From a virus (taxonomy: Duplodnaviria > Caudoviricetes): a stretch of 43,449 nt of DNA. Numbering within the stretch: position 1 is the first letter of the stretch; each line of letters starts with the position of its first letter. Both the position numbers and the translations under genes were made by a program. Positions 36,927 through 43,449 of this stretch are shown here, piece after piece. The notes beneath the pieces were generated by a model that worked only from the letters and a program-made list of their open reading frames with translations, searched no databases and was not told where the DNA came from. Location of the stretch: positions 1 to 43,449 of the IMG/VR virus record IMGVR_UViG_3300037714_000077; one strand, 5' to 3'.

Positions 36927-38107
36927 GCTACACGATTGTCGCGGGCGACTGCCTCGACGCGATGCGAGCGATGCTGCCGGACTCCGTGGACGCGATCGTA
37001 ACCGATCCGCCCTACGGCCTCTCGTTCATGAGCAAGGAATGGGATCGGGGCGTGCCGCCGGTTGCGGTCTGGCAGGAGGCGTTGCGCGTGCTCAAGCCCG
37101 GAGGGCGGCTGCTGTGCTTCGCCGGCACGCGGACGATGCACCGCATGTGGTGCAACATCGAGGATGCCGGGTTCACCATCGAGGACACTATTGCGTGGAT
37201 GTACGGCTCCGGCTTCCCGAAACACAGGAGCAAGTTGAAGCCCGCATACGAGCCCATCTGCGTAGCGCGGAAGGGGCCGGTGTCGGAGTTGAACATCGAT
37301 GAGTGCCGGATCGCGGGCGACGAGGACGGGTCGCGCAATCGCCCACCGTCCCGACTTGGCAGCGGGCGCACATACGCGCAGGACGAGTGGACGCACAATG
37401 TGGTAGTCGAGCGACAGGACACAACCGGCAAAGGCCGCTGGCCCGCAAACGTAATGCTGACGCACCATGCAGATTGCCAACTGGTCGGAACACGGTGGGT
37501 GCGCAAGGATCACGGAGACGGCGATGCGGACGGGATGGAGACAATCCCCGCGTGGCTCTGTCACCTCGACTGCCCTGTGCGACTACTGGATGAGCAGAGC
37601 GGGCGACGCGGGGACCTCGTAGGCGGCGTCGGTGTCGGTGGACACATCGGCTACCGCGGCGGTGCGGCTGGCATAGTGCGGACAGGATTCAACGACACGG
37701 GCGGCGCCAGCAGATTCTTCTATGTGGCGAAGGCCAGCCGTGCCGAGCGCAACGCAGGGCTAGGAGACCTGCCGCTACGGCCATCCGGCACGATGGAGGA
37801 TGACGGATACGACTGGTCGCGTGAAGTCGAGCGCGGACGCAAGCCGCGCGACACTCGCAATCAGAACCACCATCCCACCGTGAAGCCTGTAGACCTGATG
37901 CGCCATCTCGTCCGCCTCATCACCCCCACCGATGGCGTCGTTCTCGATCCCTTCATGGGAAGCGGCACCACCGGCGTTGCGTGCGTGCTGGAGGCCCGCC
38001 GCTTTATCGGGTGCGAGCTGGACCCGGAGTATGCGGAGATCGCCCGCAGACGGATTGCAAACACGCCTCCTAGCCTATTCGGTGCTGCATGTGGGGAGGC
38101 AACGTGA
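36923..38107 (+). CDS. DNA methyltransferase, beta class (N6A/N4C), copy 2
   Basis: TDPPY, HPTVKP, DPFMGSGTTG; ends nearly identical to copy 1. Confidence 0.93.
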   Translation: MSYTIVAGDCLDAMRAMLPDSVDAIVTDPPYGLSFMSKEWDRGVPPVAVWQEALRVLKPGGRLLCFAGTRTMHRMWCNIEDAGFTIEDTIAWMYGSGFPKHRSKLKPAYEPICVARKGPVSELNIDECRIAGDEDGSRNRPPSRLGSGRTYAQDEWTHNVVVERQDTTGKGRWPANVMLTHHADCQLVGTRWVRKDHGDGDADGMETIPAWLCHLDCPVRLLDEQSGRRGDLVGGVGVGGHIGYRGGAAGIVRTGFNDTGGASRFFYVAKASRAERNAGLGDLPLRPSGTMEDDGYDWSREVERGRKPRDTRNQNHHPTVKPVDLMRHLVRLITPTDGVVLDPFMGSGTTGVACVLEARRFIGCELDPEYAEIARRRIANTPPSLFGAACGEAT

Positions 38108-38562
38108 GCCGATTCTCGGGCGAGTACATAGCCGACCGCAAGACGCTGCACAACCGCGTCCGCAAAGAGGCCGGCAACCGCTGCATCCGGTGCGGGCATC
38201 CGGCAGGCGACACGTTCTCGGAGCACGCGCCCGAGCGGTGCGACGACCGCTGCACGCATCCGCGCGATGGCAAGCTGCGCATCCTGACCGTCCATCACCT
38301 GACCGGTGCAAAGGGCGATAACCGCTGGTGGAACCTGCTCGCCTTATGCCAGTCGTGTCACCTGACGATTCAGGGCCGCGTCATCCCCGAGCGCCCGTGG
38401 CTATTCCAGCATTCCGAATGGTTCGTGCCCTACGTCTGCGGCTTCTATGCCTCGTACTACGGCGACATCGACATCACGCGCGCTGAGGCTGAGGCCGACC
38501 CGCAACGGTGGCTCGCGCTCGGACAGCCGTGGCTCGGCGGTCCTGCACGTGGGGCCACATGA
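38104..38562 (+). CDS. HNH endonuclease
   Basis: CIRC...LTVHHL...DN...NLLALCQSCH. Confidence 0.85.
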   Translation: MSRFSGEYIADRKTLHNRVRKEAGNRCIRCGHPAGDTFSEHAPERCDDRCTHPRDGKLRILTVHHLTGAKGDNRWWNLLALCQSCHLTIQGRVIPERPWLFQHSEWFVPYVCGFYASYYGDIDITRAEAEADPQRWLALGQPWLGGPARGAT

Positions 38563-38972
38563 GCGGGCCAACGGTGACAACCCCCATCCCGAAACCCGGC
38601 CCCCGGATGAAGTGCAAGCGTTGCGGCGGCTGCGGCACTGAGCCCGACTGGCGCGAGTTGGGTGATGCCGTGCGGACTGCACGGACGCAGCGCGGCATGG
38701 GCCTTCGTGAACTGGCGCGCGCCGTGGACTGCTCGCCGGCATACGTATCGGACGTGGAGGCCGGCCGACGCGGTGGCGGTCTCGGCGGCCCCAAGACACG
38801 CGCAATCCTGACGTATCTGGGAATCACGCCACACACAGGAGGCGGACGAATGGGCTACGTCCACGAACTCAACGGCGAGTGGTTCGCAATGCCGTCAGGC
38901 AATGGCAGTGCGGTCGGGCCGTACTCGACGCGGGAGCAGGCGCAGCGTTGGCTGGATGGTGACGGACAGTGA
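38559..38972 (+). CDS. XRE-family HTH protein with N-terminal CxxCxGxG motif
   Basis: RTQRGMGLRELARAVDCSPAYVSDVEAGRR. Confidence 0.85.
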   Translation: MSGPTVTTPIPKPGPRMKCKRCGGCGTEPDWRELGDAVRTARTQRGMGLRELARAVDCSPAYVSDVEAGRRGGGLGGPKTRAILTYLGITPHTGGGRMGYVHELNGEWFAMPSGNGSAVGPYSTREQAQRWLDGDGQ

Positions 38973-39379
38973 CCCTGCCCATCCTGAAGCCCGTCCCCCG
39001 CGAGCCCCGTCCCCGTAAGCCCCTGAAGTCCAGCGGCTTCCTTCCGAGGACGGAATCGTTGCCGCCATGTAATCGCAAGCGGAAGGCGAAGGCATTCGCC
39101 CGCAACTTCCACAGCGCCGCCTTCGTGGAGTTCACCCGTCGGCAGCCCTGCGCCATATGTGGAGAGGCCCCGCGTCGACACTGGCAGCGTGAGGACCGAT
39201 GGGGGAACGAGTGTGCGCATGTCAGAAGCCGGGGAGCGGGCGGCGACTTCACGCTGATAATCGCTTGCTGCCCATCGTGCCATGACGCCGGCAAACCTAC
39301 GGGCAAGTTCGCGCTGGCTCGAGAACACATGCGCAGATGGCAAGCCGAGCAATCGTTGGCAACCCTGGCCCTGCGGTAG
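38969..39379 (+). CDS. HNH-like Zn nuclease (DUF968/NinG-like)
   Basis: PCAICG...CAHVRSRGAGG...CPSCH. Confidence 0.7.
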   Translation: MTLPILKPVPREPRPRKPLKSSGFLPRTESLPPCNRKRKAKAFARNFHSAAFVEFTRRQPCAICGEAPRRHWQREDRWGNECAHVRSRGAGGDFTLIIACCPSCHDAGKPTGKFALAREHMRRWQAEQSLATLALR

Positions 39380-39391
39380 AGGACGGCGGGA

Positions 39392-40351
39392 ATGGCGCGC
39401 ATACGGACGTTGAAACCCGAGTTCTGGCAGGATGAGAAACTGTCACCGCTGCCGGCGATCGACCGGCTCGTATTCCTGGGGCTGGTATCGCAGGCTGATG
39501 ACGCTGGACGGATCGTGGACACACCGCGCCTGCTCGACGGGCTGCTGTTCCCGCACACAAACGATACCTGCGCGTCGTCTCTGGGGACGCTCGCGACAGT
39601 CGGTGTGATAGCTCGAGGACGGACGGCGAGCGGACAGCGTGTCATCCAGATCGTTGGATGGGCGAAGCACCAGAAAGTCGACCACCCGAATATGAAAGGT
39701 GCTCTGCCACCTATCGTTCCGCCTGATTCCCGAGAGTGTCGCGAGAGTGTCGCGAATGACTCGCGCACCATACCTACGACCTACGACCAGCGACCAGCGA
39801 CCAGCGATAGCGACCAACGACCTTTGGGCACGCCGTCGGCGGCCCTCGCTCCAAAAAAGAGGAAGCCAACAAAGTGGACCGTCGTACCGGACGACTGGCA
39901 GCCGTCCGAACAGCACAAGAAGCTCGCAACGGAGCTCGGCGTCAGCCTCAATGTGGAGGCCGCGAAGTTCCGCGACCATGAGTTCGCACGACCAAAAACC
40001 GACCCGGACCGTTGCTTCAACCGCTGGCTGCGTCAGGCGAAAGAGTTCGCCGGCAACCGCGCGCCTGTCGGCAGTGAGGCCGCAGGCTGGACCAACGACC
40101 GGGAACAGAATCACTACCGCGGGCACAGCGAGGACGCCTCCCTGCGGGCGGGTGCGGCGCAACTGGACGAAGGCGAGCGGGTCAAGGCGTGGATGAGGGA
40201 CCACCGCGACGAAGCGCGGGAGATGTACGACGCCATCATCGCCGCCCTGCCGGAAGCAACCAAGGCTCTACCCGAGGATGAGGTCGAGCACCTGGTCCTG
40301 GACAGTCTGCGGAAGCGGATCGTGAACGAGAAACTGAGAGGCGTTGCATGA
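39392..40351 (+). CDS. Phage replication initiator with DnaT-like domain
   Basis: MARIRTLKPEFWQDE, ADDAGR, W.KHQK; VPDDWQPS...KFRDH...FNRWL. Confidence 0.85.
   Translation: MARIRTLKPEFWQDEKLSPLPAIDRLVFLGLVSQADDAGRIVDTPRLLDGLLFPHTNDTCASSLGTLATVGVIARGRTASGQRVIQIVGWAKHQKVDHPNMKGALPPIVPPDSRECRESVANDSRTIPTTYDQRPATSDSDQRPLGTPSAALAPKKRKPTKWTVVPDDWQPSEQHKKLATELGVSLNVEAAKFRDHEFARPKTDPDRCFNRWLRQAKEFAGNRAPVGSEAAGWTNDREQNHYRGHSEDASLRAGAAQLDEGERVKAWMRDHRDEAREMYDAIIAALPEATKALPEDEVEHLVLDSLRKRIVNEKLRGVA
39731..39822 (+). repeat. Iteron-like repeats inside the initiator gene (probable origin)
   Basis: CGAGAGTGTCG x2 plus a degenerate copy; about 7 heptamers of C(T/A)(A/G)CGAC type; followed by an A-rich stretch. 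Confidence 0.6.
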
Positions 40352-40629
40352 GTGAGCCATTCCACGTCCCCGGCTACAGGGTGAATGACGGAGGGGATGC
40401 GTACATGGACCGAAAGGGCCGGGTCTGGCACGCAAGCGGTGCTCGAGCCCACGACCTGCCGCGCGACCCGGACTCCTACGAGAAGATACCGCCCGCCTTC
40501 TGGCACCCGGACTCCCGACGGGAATACGAGCGGTCCGTCCATGAGCAGCAGAAGGCGATGAAGGATGAGCTGCGCATCGCAGAGGAAAGGCCGCGGCCGG
40601 TGGCGAAGCCCCTCGAGCTGCTCCCGTGA
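40348..40629 (+). CDS. Hypothetical protein
   Basis: ATGA coupling to the initiator gene. Confidence 0.6.
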   Translation: MSEPFHVPGYRVNDGGDAYMDRKGRVWHASGARAHDLPRDPDSYEKIPPAFWHPDSRREYERSVHEQQKAMKDELRIAEERPRPVAKPLELLP

Positions 40630-40635
40630 CCGGCG

Positions 40636-40968
40636 ATGTCAGCACTTCGCTCGAGGACTGGTTCGAGGTCCGAGAAGGCCATCGAGGCCGACATCATTCG
40701 CAATCTCCGCATGCTGGGCGCGTTCGTGGTGAAGATGAGCCAGCCCCGCCGAACGATGGTGACGGAAGGGACGCCCGACCTGTTGATCCTCTGGGGGCGC
40801 TATCAGGTGACGCTCTGGGTCGAGGTGAAGCGGCCGGGCGGGAAGCTCCGCGCAATGCAGGCCATCTGGCACAGGGAAGCAAAGGCGGCGGGCCAGCATG
40901 TCGTGATAGCGAACTCGACCAGTGACGTGATAGCGGCGCTCCGTGAACTCGGCGTGCCGATAACCTGA
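40636..40968 (+). CDS. VRR-NUC domain nuclease / resolvase
   Basis: EKAIE, GTPDL, WVEVKRPGGKLRAMQ. Confidence 0.88.
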   Translation: MSALRSRTGSRSEKAIEADIIRNLRMLGAFVVKMSQPRRTMVTEGTPDLLILWGRYQVTLWVEVKRPGGKLRAMQAIWHREAKAAGQHVVIANSTSDVIAALRELGVPIT

Positions 40969-40978
40969 CAGGAGGATC

Positions 40979-41332
40979 ATGTCTGACACATTGAAGGCGA
41001 GACTGGAGGCAGCGTGGCGTGAAGGATTCGGCGCCGGACGGGACTTCGCGTTCAACGTCGCGTACAACACGCCCACGCATGGCGAGGAAGCGCGGTGGAC
41101 TGATTCGGATACCCGTGCCGCATCCGCTCTCCCCGATGAGCCGAGCGCAGCAGGTGTGCCGTGCCAATGGGCGCAGGATGGTGCGGGCGAATCCACATGG
41201 GCGTCGTCGTGTGGCCAATACTTCGTGATGAACGACGACGCCGATTCACCCGACGACTTTATGAACTTCTGCTGCTTCTGTGGCAAGTCGCTGGCAGCGG
41301 TGCCCTACGTGGAGGATTCCGACGATGAGTGA
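40979..41332 (+). CDS. Mosaic hypothetical protein with Zn ribbon
   Basis: AGGAGG RBS; ASALPDEPSAA linker; FCCFCG. Confidence 0.7.
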   Translation: MSDTLKARLEAAWREGFGAGRDFAFNVAYNTPTHGEEARWTDSDTRAASALPDEPSAAGVPCQWAQDGAGESTWASSCGQYFVMNDDADSPDDFMNFCCFCGKSLAAVPYVEDSDDE

Positions 41333-41717
41333 GCCGAGCGCAGATGTATGGGCAGAGTACGTGAAGCGTCGGGATGCCTTGGAGCGGTGGACATGGCGGT
41401 TTGCTACGCTAGACGCCCCTGCGGAGATCGCCGAAGCCACAGATCATCGCGAAGCCGCTCGCACCGCACTCGACACCTTCTTCCGTCGCTGCATCGGCGT
41501 CAGGAGAGAGCCGGACTATTGGGTAATCGAGGAATTGAACGCCGACGGTAGCGTGAATGGGCGCGACTGGTACGAGACTGCCGACGACGCGCTGAATACG
41601 TGGCAATGGGCGCTGGAGCGTCAGGGCGACCCCGCTGCAAAGAAGGCGCGCGGCCCGCTGCCCGTCTACATCGACCGCGCTCCCGTCACCTCCGATGAGG
41701 ATGGGAGGGCGTCGTGA
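41325..41717 (+). CDS. Hypothetical protein
   Basis: GGAGG RBS; MSEPSADVW. Confidence 0.65.
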   Translation: MSEPSADVWAEYVKRRDALERWTWRFATLDAPAEIAEATDHREAARTALDTFFRRCIGVRREPDYWVIEELNADGSVNGRDWYETADDALNTWQWALERQGDPAAKKARGPLPVYIDRAPVTSDEDGRAS

Positions 41718-42028
41718 GGTGGCCTTGGTCGAGACACGAGTCGCCGCCGTTCTCCGATGCCGAATACTGGGAGCGGCGCGCGAAGTTGGCAGAGCAGCGG
41801 AAGCACGGCGTTGAGTACTACCGGAACGAGGCAGAAGAAGCAAAGCGGCAAAAGATTGCGCTGGGTCGCGTGATCGTGGAGATGAGGGAGGGTCGCACCA
41901 TCGCGCACCTCGAACGCCTGCTCCACAAGCGCAACCGGCAACTCCGCTCGTTGCGTGACGAGAACCAACGGCTTCGCGAAGCCATCGACGCAGCCATGAC
42001 AGCAACCGCAGTCTCTACGTCGAGATGA
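41714..42028 (+). CDS. Coiled-coil hypothetical protein
   Basis: GGGAGG RBS; coupled. Confidence 0.65.
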   Translation: MRWPWSRHESPPFSDAEYWERRAKLAEQRKHGVEYYRNEAEEAKRQKIALGRVIVEMREGRTIAHLERLLHKRNRQLRSLRDENQRLREAIDAAMTATAVSTSR

Positions 42029-42222
42029 AGCGCATGAAGCCGCGAGTAACGAAGAAGGGTGTGAGGTTCGACCGGACGCCAACGACCGCCGATCAGGATG
42101 AATGGATTGCAGCACTGCGGGAGGCCGGCAACCGAGTGGAGGTCTGCTACACGGCAGGGGAAGCATGGCAAGTAATTGAGGATTATCTGACGGCCCACAT
42201 ACAGGAGGACCGGAATGGTTAG
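42025..42222 (+). CDS. Small protein resembling the C-terminal half of a VRR-NUC domain
   Basis: TADQDEWIAALREAGNRVEVCYTAGEAWQVIEDYL; lacks the PD..ExK core. Confidence 0.6.
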   Translation: MKRMKPRVTKKGVRFDRTPTTADQDEWIAALREAGNRVEVCYTAGEAWQVIEDYLTAHIQEDRNG

Positions 42223-42655
42223 GGTACATTCGCCGGAACAAGAAAAGCTGTGGGGTATCCTTGTGGAGGTGGCGGGCGGAAACTCGGGTCTCGTGTTGGA
42301 AGCCCTGAGACATGGCGGTCGGTGGCGCCCATGGGGTCGTGCGGTGCCGACGATTCAAGACCTGCTATTCTACATCGTGGACCACCCGCGAGCGGGCGTT
42401 CACCCGCAGCCTCGGGGGCCGATAATGGCTGACGTTCATGAGCCTGTGCGTGAGTGGTTTACCGCCGCAGACAGCGAGCTAAAGGTCTGCCCGTTCTGCT
42501 ACACGTCCGCGCTGGAAGGCGAGACGCAATGCACGCGTTGTCACGCCGAGCCCGCCGAGCCGGGAAGCCGGGGCCTATACTCGCAACGTGCCGCCGCATC
42601 CGCTCTCCCCGATGAGCCGAGCGCAGCCGTGCATAAGGCCGCGACTGTCCCATGA
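42215..42655 (+). CDS. Mosaic hypothetical protein with Zn ribbon
   Basis: AGGAGG RBS; CPFC...CTRC; ASALPDEPSAA linker. Confidence 0.6.
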   Translation: MVRVHSPEQEKLWGILVEVAGGNSGLVLEALRHGGRWRPWGRAVPTIQDLLFYIVDHPRAGVHPQPRGPIMADVHEPVREWFTAADSELKVCPFCYTSALEGETQCTRCHAEPAEPGSRGLYSQRAAASALPDEPSAAVHKAATVP

Positions 42656-43212
42656 CTGAGCCCGCATCCGCCCCCGAGCCGCAGCCGTCAGCGGACGTGT
42701 ACGAGGAGTTCAACGAGTGCGACATCGTGAGCACTCCCGCGAGGCACGCGCCGACGTGTCGCAGTTACGACCCAACGGTGGATGAACGCCCCCTGCGCCT
42801 TCTGGCGATTCTGGACGACACAGACGAGGCCGCTGCGCTGGAGAAGTGGACGCGTCGCATGACGATGGCGCAACGCGACCTGTACCGCCGTGTCGCCAGC
42901 AATGCCGAAGTCGTCAACGGAACCGCGCTTTCAAAGTCCGAGCCGCAGCCGTCAGTAGCCGAGCCGCTGCCTTGCCCGCAGTGCGGAAGCCTCGTCACGC
43001 CGACTGATTGGAGCGTGCAGCCCGCAGCAGGATCAGACAGCGAATTACAGGCAGTAGCGCGCACCGCTGAACGTTGGGGGTACGTAGTCGTCCATCGGTC
43101 TGAGTGGACCCGCATCCTGCACCAGCGGCCACCCGAAGGCAACATCGCGCAGCCCGCAGCAGGATCGGGGGGGCACACACAAGTCCCGACAATAGCGCGG
43201 ACGCGGGAATGA
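42652..43212 (+). CDS. Mosaic hypothetical protein
   Basis: EPQPS x2 and QPAAGS x2 linkers; CPQCG. Confidence 0.6.
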   Translation: MTEPASAPEPQPSADVYEEFNECDIVSTPARHAPTCRSYDPTVDERPLRLLAILDDTDEAAALEKWTRRMTMAQRDLYRRVASNAEVVNGTALSKSEPQPSVAEPLPCPQCGSLVTPTDWSVQPAAGSDSELQAVARTAERWGYVVVHRSEWTRILHQRPPEGNIAQPAAGSGGHTQVPTIARTRE

Positions 43213-43229
43213 AGAACCGTGCCACGAGG

Positions 43230-43312
43230 GTGGGGTTAGAACCCATGCGCTACTAGGGGGAAGTGGGACGCTATCCCATGAGGCCGCGTGGAGAGTGGGA
43301 TCGAAACCCACG
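43230..43312. promoter_or_regulatory. Three phased inverted repeats GTGGG-N7-CCCAYG
   Basis: 43230-47, 43263-80, 43295-312; spacing 33 and 32 bp. Confidence 0.65.
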
Positions 43313-43373
43313 GGGCAGGAATGATCGTTTGACCCCCCCTTCATCGGAAAGGGGTGCAGTCCCGGGGGGGGGG

Positions 43374-43449
43374 CAACGAGCCTGCATCGTTCGTGATCGA
43401 AGGCATGGTGGTTCCCCGTGCCCTGCGGAAGTGGCTTGCATCGAATCCG
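43374..43449 (+). other. 76-nt exact copy of 1856-1931 after a G10 run (probable assembly artefact)
   Basis: Identical to an internal part of the kinase gene; joined at a homopolymer. Confidence 0.75.

Larger units (their letters stand above)
35221..38564 (+). repeat. Six copies of the gene-junction repeat CGGTCCTGCATGTGGGGCCACATGAGC
   Basis: Exact copies at 35221-47, 36291-317, 36902-28; one mismatch at 38538-64; variants at 36545-72 and 38080-109. Confidence 0.93.
1..43373 (+). mobile_element. Temperate tailed bacteriophage genome (podovirus/P22-like morphogenesis), probably near-complete
   Basis: Contains terminase, portal, scaffold, capsid, tail, lysis, repressor switch, integrase and replication modules. 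No host housekeeping genes. No tape measure gene. G-runs at both ends. Confidence 0.93.

Noticed and set aside
35242-38107. Diversity-generating retroelement (TR/VR pair) from the duplicated MTase DNA
   Set aside because: No reverse transcriptase is visible; differences are mostly synonymous and not adenine-specific
35242-38562. Complete restriction-modification system (MTases plus HNH)
   Set aside because: The HNH is a small generic phage type in its own cassette; orphan MTases are common in phages and nothing links them as cognate
35221-38564. CRISPR array from the 27-bp palindromic repeat
   Set aside because: Intervals are 0.25-1.2 kb genes, not 30-40-nt spacers; no cas genes
43220-43312. 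tRNA gene(s) suggested by T-arm-like hairpins
   Set aside because: No cloverleaf, acceptor stem or anticodon arm can be built; better described as three repeated dyads
43374-43449. Terminal direct repeat or real duplication of 1856-1931
   Set aside because: It matches the inside of a gene rather than the window start and is joined at a G homopolymer; most likely a chimeric contig end, to be checked by read mapping
1-43449. Stop-codon recoding
   Set aside because: Core genes are full length and densely coupled under the standard code

Overview
A near-complete, GC-rich temperate tailed phage genome with a P22/podovirus-like virion module. The window starts with a G9 run and has a G10 run near its end, so it probably circularises there; the last 76 nt copy 1856-1931 and are probably an assembly artefact. 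Gene order on the + strand: glycosyltransferase/methyltransferase/kinase cluster, terminase large subunit, portal, scaffold, major capsid, adaptor, tail fibre, tail stabiliser, beta-helix tailspike, ejection proteins, a peptide plus membrane-protein pair, holin and amidase, and a displaced terminase small subunit. Next comes a divergent repressor/RHH switch. A long, translationally coupled early operon follows with ERF, Lar-like, Xis, a tyrosine recombinase, two paralogous DNA methyltransferases, HNH proteins, a replication initiator and VRR-NUC. The most notable unexplained structures are: (1) six copies of a ~27-bp palindromic junction repeat that delimit gene cassettes downstream of the tyrosine recombinase and an att-like segment (integron-like layout); (2) miniature, degenerate copies of the terminase ATPase and nuclease domains flanking terL (possible decoys); (3) a CPPxxCP-tailed small protein coupled to a multi-pass membrane protein beside the lysis genes, with a secreted micro-peptide after the endolysin; (4) in-frame 'hollowed-out' genes and linker-stitched mosaic ORFs. 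All functional calls come from motif recognition by eye, not database searches.
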